A stretch of 64,000 nucleotides of DNA, taken from contig JAVCDC010000082.1 of the NCBI GenBank assembly GCA_030765135.1, forward strand, positions 4,351 through 68,350. The letters run 5' to 3'. The DNA comes from Candidatus Tritonobacter lacicola. Its GTDB lineage: Bacteria; Auribacterota; Tritonobacteria; Tritonobacterales; Tritonobacteraceae. The notes under the pieces were generated by a model, which made no database searches, was not told where the DNA came from, and was given only the letters and a program-made list of their open reading frames with translations. The position numbers were made by a program, and so were the translations under genes. Shown one piece after another: positions 54,336 to 62,768 of the stretch; within the stretch, counting starts at the first letter, position 1; the number at the start of each line of letters is the position of its first letter.

Positions 54336-55419
54336 GTTCCTCCTTCATTGCCGGCAGGTATATCGTAATCTCGGACCCCTGCCCGGGCCCGGACATCACT
54401 TCGACCCTCCCGCCGTGATCCGTGATTATGCCATACGAGATGGAGAGTCCGAGCCCGGTCCCGCTAGCCGGTCCCTTGGTTGTAAAGAACGGCTGAAATA
54501 TCTCGCGGCGTCTCGCCTCATCCATGCCCTCGCCGTTATCCTTCACGGAGATTGCAACATATCCATCGCCGGCGCGGGAGCAAACCTCTATCACCCCTGC
54601 CGGGCCCTTGATCGCCTGCTGGGCGTTAATTATAAGGTTAGCGAGGACCTGCTGGAGCTGGCTGTCGTTGCCGAGAACGGCCGGCGCCGGTTCAATCCGG
54701 ACGATAAATTCAACACCTTTATCATCGAGACCGGGCCGCATCAGTTTCTCTATTGTCCGAACGACCTCCCCTACATCCACCCGGGAGAACGTCGACCTGT
54801 CCTGGCGGGCGAATGTCAGGAGCCTCCTTATGATATCACTGCCTCTCGTGGCGCACTCCTCGATGATCTCCGCCTTCCGCACCGACTCCTCGTCGGCGAC
54901 GGCCGACTTCAGAAGCGCGGCATACCCGATAATGGGCATCATGATATTGTTCATCTCGTGGGCTATGCCCGCGGCCATCTCCCCCACGGCGGAAAGCCTC
55001 TCGGCGCTGATCAGCTGCCTGGTCCTCTCCTCGACCTTCTTCTCGAGCCCCCTGTTTGCCTCCTCTATCATCCCGGCCTGCGCCTCTATCCGGGCCATGA
55101 TGCGGCTGAGCTCCTCGTAAAGGAAATCGATCTCCCCCTTCAAGGGCCTGGTTCCGTCCCACCTGCCGAGGGCTACCGATCTCATATCCCTCTGAAGCCG
55201 GACCATCGCCCTGGATCCGGACCAGACCATGACAACGCCGAGGGAGGCTACCAGAACGGTCAGGAGAAATATCGAGGTATACTCCCACCGCGCCGGGACC
55301 TCATACCCCGGCCCGATGGCCGTGTAGCAAAGGACAAGGGCGGGAATGACGGCAACAAGGGCGAAACCGGCGGCCAGCCTCGCCCCCCGTTTCCTCGAAC
55401 CTTGTTTCATATATATCAT
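54313..55419 (-). CDS. Sensor histidine kinase (2 TM, HAMP-like, HisKA, HATPase_c)
   Basis: The H-box is GEMAAGIAHEMNNIM, the N-box LQQVLANLIINAQQA, and the G-boxes VKDNGEGM and GTGLGLSISYGI. It overlaps the regulator gene by 23 nt. Confidence 0.85.
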   Translation of the reverse strand: MIYMKQGSRKRGARLAAGFALVAVIPALVLCYTAIGPGYEVPARWEYTSIFLLTVLVASLGVVMVWSGSRAMVRLQRDMRSVALGRWDGTRPLKGEIDFLYEELSRIMARIEAQAGMIEEANRGLEKKVEERTRQLISAERLSAVGEMAAGIAHEMNNIMMPIIGYAALLKSAVADEESVRKAEIIEECATRGSDIIRRLLTFARQDRSTFSRVDVGEVVRTIEKLMRPGLDDKGVEFIVRIEPAPAVLGNDSQLQQVLANLIINAQQAIKGPAGVIEVCSRAGDGYVAISVKDNGEGMDEARRREIFQPFFTTKGPASGTGLGLSISYGIITDHGGRVEVMSGPGQGSEITIYLPAMKEEREDPGNR

Positions 55420-55424
55420 GGGCT

Positions 55425-57101
55425 TTACATTGACTCGGGGACGCTGACGCCGAGAAGGCCGAGACCGATCTTGAGAACAATCTGGACGGCCCTCGCCATA
55501 GCCAGCCTCGCCTCCCTCAGCCCCTTATCCTCAATCATAACCCTGTGCTTGTTGTAATAGGAGTGAAAGCCGGCGGCAAGCTCCTCAAGATACACGCAGA
55601 GCCTGTGCGGCTCGAATAAAGCCGCCGCCGATTTCACCGTCTCTTCAAATCTCATCAGGTCTTTTATTATCTCCAGCTCCTCCTCCTTCGTCAGCCTCCG
55701 GAGGTCCACCTCGAGCAGCCTTCCCCTATCAAGCAGTCCGTACCGCTCCCCGTATTTCTTCTGGATGCTGCATATCCTGGCATGGGCATACTGAAGGTAG
55801 TAAACAGGGTTGTCCAGCGACTGCTTCCGGGCCACCCCGAGGTCGAAATCCAGATGGCTTCCCATCTTCCTCATGAGGAAGAAATACCTGGCAACGTCCC
55901 TCCCCACCTCGCCGAGAAGCTCTTCAAGAGTGACGAACTGAGCTTTCCTGGTCGACATCTTCACCTGCCGGCCGTCCCTCACAAGGGTGACGAACTGGTG
56001 AATTAACACAACGATCTTCGATTTGTCACAGCCGAGAGCCTCAACTCCGGCCAGCACGTCCGGGAAAGTACCGTGATGATCCGCGCCGAAAACATCGATA
56101 ACGATATCGAAGCCGCGGTCCAGCTTGTCCCGGTGGTAGGCTATGTCCGGCAGCCTGTACGTAGCCTCTCCTGTCTTCTTTATTATCACCCTGTCCTTGC
56201 TGCGTCCGAAACGTGTCGCTTGAAACCAGACGGCCCCGTCTCTCTCGTAAACACAGCCCGCCTTCCTGAGAAGGTCGACCACCCGGGCAACCTTCCCGGA
56301 TTCGAAAAGCGAGTTCTCGTTGTAATAAACGTCGAAGCGAATGCCCATCGAGGCGAGGGTCTTTTTAATGCCCGAAAAGATCGACTCCTCGGCTATTTCC
56401 TGGAATCGCTTGAGATCTTTCTCGGCTCGCAGGGAATCGCCGCACCTCTCACGCAGGGCCCCAGCTATATCCACTATATACTCCCCCTGGTATAGGTCTT
56501 CTCCGAAATCGATCTCTTCCCCCAGGAGCTGGAGGTAGCGCTTCTTCACGGACACGGCCAGAACCTTCATCTGGTTGCCGGCATCGTTGTAATAATACTC
56601 CCTGGTCACTGCATAGCCCACCCTCTCCAGCAGGTTGGCAATCGTATCGCCGATGGCGGCCTGCCTTCCGTGCCCCACCGTCAGGGGGCCTGTGGGATTG
56701 GCGCTGACGAACTCCACCTGAACCGTTTTCCCTTCGCCCACCTTGAACCGCGCGTATTCCTCCCCCTGCTCGAGAATTGTTGAGAGCCCGCGGTAAAGGG
56801 CGGACGGCGAGATGAAAAAATTGACGAAGCCCGGGCCTGCCACCTCCACCCTGTCGTATACCTCACCCCCGCGCCCCGCAAGGCGCCTGACAAGCGCCTC
56901 CGCTATTCTCGCCGGCGGCAGCTTCGCCTCTTTTGCGATGACAAAGGCAAAGTTCGTCGAGAAGTCGCCGTGCGACCTGTTCGAAGGTCTCTCGATACGT
57001 ACGGACGGAACAGCGGAATAAGAGAGGTCGCCCGACTTCCTGGCTTCTTCAGCGGCTGCGGCCAGAAGGGACTTCAGCCTATCGCTCAGTAGTTCGCCCA
57101 T
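55425..57101 (-). CDS. argS: Arginine--tRNA ligase
   Basis: HGDFSTNFAF, FVSANPTGPLTVGHGR (HIGH-type), a MSTRK-type KMSKS variant and a C-terminal ...ESM are present. I chose the Met at 57101 (MGELLSDRLKSLL...); the track ORF extends to 57149. Confidence 0.95.
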   Translation of the reverse strand: MGELLSDRLKSLLAAAAEEARKSGDLSYSAVPSVRIERPSNRSHGDFSTNFAFVIAKEAKLPPARIAEALVRRLAGRGGEVYDRVEVAGPGFVNFFISPSALYRGLSTILEQGEEYARFKVGEGKTVQVEFVSANPTGPLTVGHGRQAAIGDTIANLLERVGYAVTREYYYNDAGNQMKVLAVSVKKRYLQLLGEEIDFGEDLYQGEYIVDIAGALRERCGDSLRAEKDLKRFQEIAEESIFSGIKKTLASMGIRFDVYYNENSLFESGKVARVVDLLRKAGCVYERDGAVWFQATRFGRSKDRVIIKKTGEATYRLPDIAYHRDKLDRGFDIVIDVFGADHHGTFPDVLAGVEALGCDKSKIVVLIHQFVTLVRDGRQVKMSTRKAQFVTLEELLGEVGRDVARYFFLMRKMGSHLDFDLGVARKQSLDNPVYYLQYAHARICSIQKKYGERYGLLDRGRLLEVDLRRLTKEEELEIIKDLMRFEETVKSAAALFEPHRLCVYLEELAAGFHSYYNKHRVMIEDKGLREARLAMARAVQIVLKIGLGLLGVSVPESM

Positions 57102-57486
57102 CAAGGTCCTCTTTCGTATCTCCCGTTTCAATATCGACACGGCCGGCATCTCCCCAGAGGGCCTCCAGCCTGTAGTAATCTCTCTGCTCCCTGGAGAATA
57201 CGTGGGCCATCACCCCGGCAAAATCAAGGATGACCCACCGCCCTTCACCATATCCGTCGATATGGATACAGGGATGGTCCGCCCGTTTCAACCGTGACTT
57301 TATCTCACCGGCAATCGCCTTTATATGGCGGTCGGACGTCCCCTCGCATATCACGAAGTAATCCGCAACGGTGGATATGCCGCGTATATCAAGGACAACG
57401 ATATCAGCAGCCTTCTTATCGTCCGCGGCCCCGGCGCATTCCAGGGCGACCTTACGCCAGTCACCCGGCATCGCTTTTTTTCTCAT
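57079..57486 (-). CDS. rsfS: Ribosome silencing factor RsfS (iojap-like)
   Basis: ADIVVLDIRGISTVADYFVICEGTSDRHIKAIAGEI...WVILDFAGVMAHVFSREQRDYYRLEALW is present. Confidence 0.9.
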   Translation of the reverse strand: MRKKAMPGDWRKVALECAGAADDKKAADIVVLDIRGISTVADYFVICEGTSDRHIKAIAGEIKSRLKRADHPCIHIDGYGEGRWVILDFAGVMAHVFSREQRDYYRLEALWGDAGRVDIETGDTKEDLDGRTTER

Positions 57487-58111
57487 ACTTTTGATAGAGC
57501 CCTTTCCTGCTTATATACTCCGCCACGGCTTCCGGGACCATGTAATCTATGCATTTGCCCTCCCCGACGCGGTTCCTTATTTCCGTGGACGATATGTCTA
57601 TCACGGGGGTCTCGACTATTCCGGCGGCCAATCTGCGAAAAACTTCCTTCCCGACAGACAGGCTCTCCGCCGAGAGGCCCCTCAGGGGATAACCTGACCT
57701 TGCGGCGATTATGAAATCGCAGAGCCCGGATAACCTTTCAACGTCTTTCCACGTCGAAATTTCGTGAAGGCTGTCCGCCCCTACGATAAAGTAAAACTCC
57801 TCTCCCCGGTTGAATCTCCTCTTTAATTCCTCGATGGTCTTTACCGAATAGGACCTTCCCCCTCTCTTCAGCTCTATGTCGCTCGCCCTGAACCCGGGAT
57901 TGGAGGAGACGGCAAGCTCGACCATCCGCAACCTGTCCCCGCCCGGGGCGAGTTCCCCGCTCCCTTTGTGGGGAGGAAGGGCGCAGGGAACGAAGAGCAC
58001 CTCGTCAAGGTGCTTCTCCTCCAGCACGGCCGTTGCGATAATCAGGTGGCCGATGTGTATCGGGTTGAACGTCCCACCGAAAATGCCTATCCGCTTTGCT
58101 CTTTTACCCAT
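57461..58111 (-). CDS. nadD: Nicotinate-nucleotide adenylyltransferase
   Basis: IGIFGGTFNPIHIGHL (the (H/T)xGH motif) and ...ISSTEIRNRV are present. I chose the Met at 58111. Confidence 0.9.
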   Translation of the reverse strand: MGKRAKRIGIFGGTFNPIHIGHLIIATAVLEEKHLDEVLFVPCALPPHKGSGELAPGGDRLRMVELAVSSNPGFRASDIELKRGGRSYSVKTIEELKRRFNRGEEFYFIVGADSLHEISTWKDVERLSGLCDFIIAARSGYPLRGLSAESLSVGKEVFRRLAAGIVETPVIDISSTEIRNRVGEGKCIDYMVPEAVAEYISRKGLYQKYEKKSDAG

Positions 58112-58343
58112 CGCATTACCTGAGCATCTACTCTTCATCTACCCCTGTGTTTTATAATCACGGTAACGTTTGAGGGTTAAGGTTACGATGCCCTGTCTGC
58201 CCCGGTGACTATCGGGGTTTCGGCTCTAGGCTACGTCCTTCGTCTTTTTTATCCGTAACCGTTGACCGTAGCCGATACGGGCTTCGTTACCCTAGCCTTT
58301 ACCGGTGTATTCATTACACTACATATAACTTCTTTCGCAGCTT

Positions 58344-59600
58344 TCAGCTTCGCACTTGCCCCGACCCTCTGACAATATATTTATACGTCGTCAGCTCCTC
58401 AAGAGCCATGGGCCCCCTGGCGTGTATCTTGTCCGTACTGATGCCGATCTCGGCCCCAAAGCCGAACTCTCCCCCATCGCTGAATCTCGTCGAACAGTTC
58501 CAGAAGACCGTCGCCGAATCAACGCGCTTGAGAAATGCCTGTGCGGCAGCCTCATCCTCCGTGACGATGGCGTCGGAGTGCCGGGACCCGTACTCCTCTA
58601 TGTGCTCGATTGCCTCATCAAGACCTTCGACCACCCTGACGGCCAGGATAAGGTCAAGGTACTCTTCGCGCCAGTCGGACTCGCGGGCGGGCCCGGCTTC
58701 GCCCACGATCTTCAGGGTCGCCGGGCATCCCCTCAACTCGACGTTTCGCTCAAGAAGGAGGCGTGCGACATCCGGGAGAAGCTTTTCCGCGATCCCCCTG
58801 TGGACGAGCAGTGTCTCCATGGCGTTGCAGACTCCCGGCCTCTGGCATTTAGCGTTCACGATAATCTCCTTCGCCATGTCGAGGTCGGCGGCCCCGTCGA
58901 TATAGACGTGACAGTTCCCCCTGTAATGCTTTATCACCGGAATGCGGGACTTATCGACTACAGCCCGTATCAGCCCCTCGCCGCCCCTGGGAATGACGAC
59001 ATCGATGTACTCGTCCAGCTTGAGCAGCTCGTCCACGGCGGACCTGTCGGGCGTCTCTATCATGCACACGGCGCTACCCGGAACATCGCTCTCTTCCAGC
59101 GCTCCGGACATGACGGACGCGAGGGCCCTGTTTGTGGCCAGCGCCTCCTTGCCTCCCCTCAGGATCGCCGCGTTCCCGCTCTTGAGGCACAGGCTCGACG
59201 CGTCCACGGTGACGTTGGGCCTCGACTCGTATATCATGCATATCACGCCGAGGGGGACGCGCACCTTCGATATCACGAGACCGTTGGGACGTTTCCATTC
59301 ACGCATAACTTCGCCCACGGGGTCGGGGAGTTCGATGATCGCGCGCACTCCGTCGACCATTTTTTCAAACCTCGCCTCAGTGAGTGTGAGCCTGTCAACG
59401 AGGGCGGAAGACAAGCCGGCCTTCTTTCCCTTCTCGACATCCTGCTCGTTTGCCGACCTGATATCGGCGATCTTCTCCTCAAGCGCCCGCGCCATGGCCT
59501 CAAGGCCTGTGTTCTTCTCTTCAGTCGAAAGGGCCGCCAGCCCGCGCGACGCCTCCCGGGCCCCCCGGGCTAACTCCAGAACATAGTCCTTAATATCCAT
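58344..59600 (-). CDS. proA: Glutamate-5-semialdehyde dehydrogenase (gamma-glutamyl phosphate reductase)
   Basis: At 418 aa it carries IYESRPNVTVDA, VIPRGG, CNAMETLLVH and STRFSDGGEFGFGAEIGIST. Confidence 0.95.
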   Translation of the reverse strand: MDIKDYVLELARGAREASRGLAALSTEEKNTGLEAMARALEEKIADIRSANEQDVEKGKKAGLSSALVDRLTLTEARFEKMVDGVRAIIELPDPVGEVMREWKRPNGLVISKVRVPLGVICMIYESRPNVTVDASSLCLKSGNAAILRGGKEALATNRALASVMSGALEESDVPGSAVCMIETPDRSAVDELLKLDEYIDVVIPRGGEGLIRAVVDKSRIPVIKHYRGNCHVYIDGAADLDMAKEIIVNAKCQRPGVCNAMETLLVHRGIAEKLLPDVARLLLERNVELRGCPATLKIVGEAGPARESDWREEYLDLILAVRVVEGLDEAIEHIEEYGSRHSDAIVTEDEAAAQAFLKRVDSATVFWNCSTRFSDGGEFGFGAEIGISTDKIHARGPMALEELTTYKYIVRGSGQVRS

Positions 59601-59878
59601 ACTGCTTCACCTTTTCTCAAACTCAATCTTACTCCGATATTGCTGTTGAAATAACTTATCCATCTTGTAGATCAACGTAATTCCTGCTTCTTTTAAATTC
59701 GTGTTCATTCGTGCCTTAGTGTCTTCGTGGCTATATCTTCCCCGCTTCACGCTTTCCGTCTTTTTTTCATCCTGCATCCTGTATCCTGCATCTTTTTTAT
59801 TTTTCATCCTGCATTTGGTCATCCGTCTTTGGTCTATAGTCTAGGGTCTTTAGTTTCTTCATTGAACATTGGTCGTTG

Positions 59879-61006
59879 TCATCTTGTAAAGATGACCAGG
59901 TTGTCCCGGTGGACCACCTCGTCGTAATACTTGTACCCGAGGACCCCCTCTATCTCTCCGGTCTTTTTGCCCATGATTTTTTTCAGCTCGTCGCTGCCGT
60001 AGTTCACCAGCCCGCGCCCCACCTCGCGCCCTTCCCCGGACATGATCCGGACCGAATCGCCCGTTTTGAATTCGCCCTTCACGGCCTTTAAGCCGGAGGA
60101 GAGGAGGCTCTTCCCCTTCACACAGAGGGCATCCGCGGCACCCTCGTCGACGTGGAGCTCTCCGCGGGGCCTGGTGAAGTAGGCTATCCACCTCTTCCGT
60201 CCGCGCATCTTTCCCCTCGATGGAAAAAATATCGTCCCCACATCCTCTCCGTCGAAAATTCGACGCAGGACGCAATCCGCGCGACCGTCGGCGATAACCA
60301 TCGTTTCACCGGCGCCCGTCACGATTCTCGCCGCCTCCAGTTTGCTTGCCATGCCCCCGATCCCGCATGGACCCACAGTCCCATCCGCGCATGAAGCTAT
60401 TTCGTCCGTTATACCGGTTACCTCGCTAATCCGCATTGCATTCCGCGACCTTCTCGGGTCTTCGGTCATCAGGCCGTCTATATCCGACAGTATTATCAAA
60501 AGATCCGCCTTTACCAGATTGACAACGAGAGCACTGAGCATGTCATTGTCCCCGAACTTGATTTCATCCACCGATACCGTATCGTTTTCATTTATTATGG
60601 GCACCACGCCGGAGGAGAGAAGCGTCGTGATCGTGTTCCTGACATTCAGATGCCGCGCCCTGTCGCGCAGGCCGTCGTGCGTCAGGAGAATCTGGGCGAC
60701 CCTGAACCCGTGTCGCTCGAAACACCTGTCATAGGCGGATATGAGCACGCTCTGCCCCACAGAGGCCGCCGCCTGAAGCTCGGGGAGCAGATTGGGACGC
60801 GCCCGGAGCCCGAGCTTCCCGACACCGGCGCTTATGGCGCCCGATGTCACGATAATCACCTGCACACCACGCCCCATGAGATCCACGATCTGGCCTACCA
60901 GGTCGTTTATCATCCGCTCGTCGAGATCGCCTCCGGATCGCGTCAGGAGAGCCGTCCCCACCTTGACGACAACCCTGCCGGCTTTCCGGATCTCCGATCG
61001 ATTCAT
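59879..61006 (-). CDS. proB: Glutamate 5-kinase with PUA domain
   Basis: VVVKVGTALLT, IIVTSGAISAG, VPIINENDTV, FGDNDMLSALV and a C-terminal PUA region (GDSVRI...GRGLVNY) are present. Confidence 0.95.
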   Translation of the reverse strand: MNRSEIRKAGRVVVKVGTALLTRSGGDLDERMINDLVGQIVDLMGRGVQVIIVTSGAISAGVGKLGLRARPNLLPELQAAASVGQSVLISAYDRCFERHGFRVAQILLTHDGLRDRARHLNVRNTITTLLSSGVVPIINENDTVSVDEIKFGDNDMLSALVVNLVKADLLIILSDIDGLMTEDPRRSRNAMRISEVTGITDEIASCADGTVGPCGIGGMASKLEAARIVTGAGETMVIADGRADCVLRRIFDGEDVGTIFFPSRGKMRGRKRWIAYFTRPRGELHVDEGAADALCVKGKSLLSSGLKAVKGEFKTGDSVRIMSGEGREVGRGLVNYGSDELKKIMGKKTGEIEGVLGYKYYDEVVHRDNLVIFTR

Positions 61007-61103
61007 TTTTTTCCTTTTTACATCTTTAAAACAACCGGCTGAAAGCGAACGGTTATTACGTTCGGAACAATGTTAACCTTAATTGCTTTTAATGGAAAAA
61101 ATA

Positions 61104-62114
61104 TTATTCCCCATTATCTTGCGGCAATAAAATTTCCCTGATTCCTTTTTTGAGGTTATCCAAACCGGTGCCTTTCACGGCAGAAATCGGATAGATCTTA
61201 TCGGATCGAACCCCCGTTTTCTCCCGGAAGAGACGGAGATTTTCCTCCGACGGACTCAGGTCCATCTTATTAGCCGCCACGACAAAAGGCTTCCGGGCCA
61301 GGCCTTCGTCGTGAAGACGCAATTCCCTCATCAGTGACTTATAATCCTCAACCGGTTCCCGGCCGTCGACCGCGGCCATATCCACCACGATAATCAGGGC
61401 CCTCGTCCTCTCGATATGCCTGAGGAACGCGTGGCCAAGCCCCCTGTTTTCATGTGCTCCATCTATCAGGCCCGGCATATCGGCTATTACTATTGTCCGG
61501 TAGTCGTCCGTATCGAGCGTGCCCAGGACCGGCGCCAGGGTCGTAAACGGGTAAGAAGCAATCTTTGATCTCGCTTTTGTGATCTTTGAAAGGATGGTTG
61601 ACTTGCCTGCGTTCGGATACCCGACAAGGCCCGCGGCGGCGATGAGCTTTAACTCTAATATAGCCGTGGCCTCCTCGCCGGGCATTCCGCTTTCGGCTTT
61701 GCGGGGAGCCCTGTTCGTGGAGCCGGCGAAACGCTTGTTCCCCTTCCCCCCCCCTCCTCCCCTGACGATGACTCTTCTATCGCCGTCTTCGACGAAATCG
61801 TGAATGACCTTGCCGGTGAGCTTGTCCCTCACGACTGTGCCGACGGGAACGCGAACAAGAAGGTCCGCGCCGTTCTTCCCGGTGCAGGCCTTGCCGCGGC
61901 CATGCTGGCCGTTGCCGGCTTTCAAATGCGGCCTGTACTGGAAATCGAGGAGGGTTGCAATGGAGCGGTCCGCCACGATCAGGATATCACCGCCCTTCCC
62001 GCCGTCTCCGCCGTCGGGGCCGCCGCGGGGAACGTATTTCTCGCGGCGGAAACTGACACACCCGTTGCCCCCGCTACCCGCCTTGAGATAAACCTTGGCC
62101 CAGTCGACAAACAC
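61104..62114 (-). CDS. obg: GTPase Obg/CgtA
   Basis: MFVDWAKVYLKAGSGGNGCVSFRREKYVPRGGPDGGDGGKGGDI is followed by the G1 motif GYPNAGKST, G3 motif DMPGLI and G4 motif NKMD. Confidence 0.95.
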   Translation of the reverse strand: MFVDWAKVYLKAGSGGNGCVSFRREKYVPRGGPDGGDGGKGGDILIVADRSIATLLDFQYRPHLKAGNGQHGRGKACTGKNGADLLVRVPVGTVVRDKLTGKVIHDFVEDGDRRVIVRGGGGGKGNKRFAGSTNRAPRKAESGMPGEEATAILELKLIAAAGLVGYPNAGKSTILSKITKARSKIASYPFTTLAPVLGTLDTDDYRTIVIADMPGLIDGAHENRGLGHAFLRHIERTRALIIVVDMAAVDGREPVEDYKSLMRELRLHDEGLARKPFVVAANKMDLSPSEENLRLFREKTGVRSDKIYPISAVKGTGLDNLKKGIREILLPQDNGE

Positions 62115-62130
62115 CTGTCACATCGGGGTG

Positions 62131-62388
62131 CTATTGGCCGACGGGGGCAACGGACACCTTCCTCGCCCCCTTCTTTCCGGAGAAGCCTACCAGGCCGTCC
62201 ACCGTGGAGAAGAGCGTATCGTCGCGCCCTCTACGCACGTTGGAGCCGGGATTGAACTTGGTGCCCCGCTGTCTGACAAGTATGGAGCCGCTGGTCACAA
62301 ACTGCCCCCCCCATTTCTTAAGGCCCAGCCTCTTGGAGCGGCTCTCACGGCCGTTCCTGCTGCTTCCCATTCCCTTCTTGTGAGCCAT
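62131..62388 (-). CDS. rpmA: 50S ribosomal protein L27
   Basis: [48 protein letters not shown] is present. Confidence 0.95.
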   Translation of the reverse strand: MAHKKGMGSSRNGRESRSKRLGLKKWGGQFVTSGSILVRQRGTKFNPGSNVRRGRDDTLFSTVDGLVGFSGKKGARKVSVAPVGQ

Positions 62389-62402
62389 GAGGAATATCCC
62401 TC

Positions 62403-62723
62403 CTAATCTTTAACCTTGATGTCTGTGATTTTCACCATGGAGTACTTCTGCCGGTGTCCCCTCGTGCGGCGGTATCCTTTTCTTCTCTTCATCTTGAAGA
62501 CCACGATTTTGTCGTCCTTCTCTTCACCGATCACCTCCGCAGCCACAGACGCACCCTCCACGGTAGGGGTGCCGGCCATGACCCTGCGTTCATCCACCAC
62601 GAGAAGGACATCTTCAAAGACGACCTTATCGCCGGACTCCAAGCCAAGCCTGTCAACGGCAACCGTTTCACCTTTCTCGACCTTGTACTGCTTTCCACCT
62701 GTTTTTATCACTGCGAACATCAT
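62403..62723 (-). CDS. rplU: 50S ribosomal protein L21
   Basis: (M)[20 protein letters not shown]... matches L21. The canonical rplU-rpmA-obg order is present. Confidence 0.95.
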   Translation of the reverse strand: MMFAVIKTGGKQYKVEKGETVAVDRLGLESGDKVVFEDVLLVVDERRVMAGTPTVEGASVAAEVIGEEKDDKIVVFKMKRRKGYRRTRGHRQKYSMVKITDIKVKD

Positions 62724-62768
62724 TACCTCATCTTTGCCTACTATAATAGAAAATTGTACGACCGGTAG

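Noticed and set aside
58356-59573. A 405-aa plus-strand ORF antisense to proA. Similar long antisense ORFs lie at 53271-54368, 54415-55557, 62844-63932, 31555-32634, 43916-44704 and 41147-41929.
   Set aside because: Each lies entirely inside a confidently recognised gene on the opposite strand. Each has Arg/Pro/Gly-rich low-complexity composition and no family motif, which is typical of stop-poor antisense frames in GC-rich genes.
59607-59822. A 71-aa minus-strand ORF in the proB-proA spacer.
   Set aside because: It is read entirely from stutter-repeat DNA, with a Lys-rich low-complexity product and no RBS.
61020-61103. Small hairpins downstream of obg (CGAACG-N7-CGTTCG and AACCG-N12-CGGTT) as a terminator or leader of proB.
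   Set aside because: The stems are only 5-6 bp with weak T tails, which is not distinguishable from chance.
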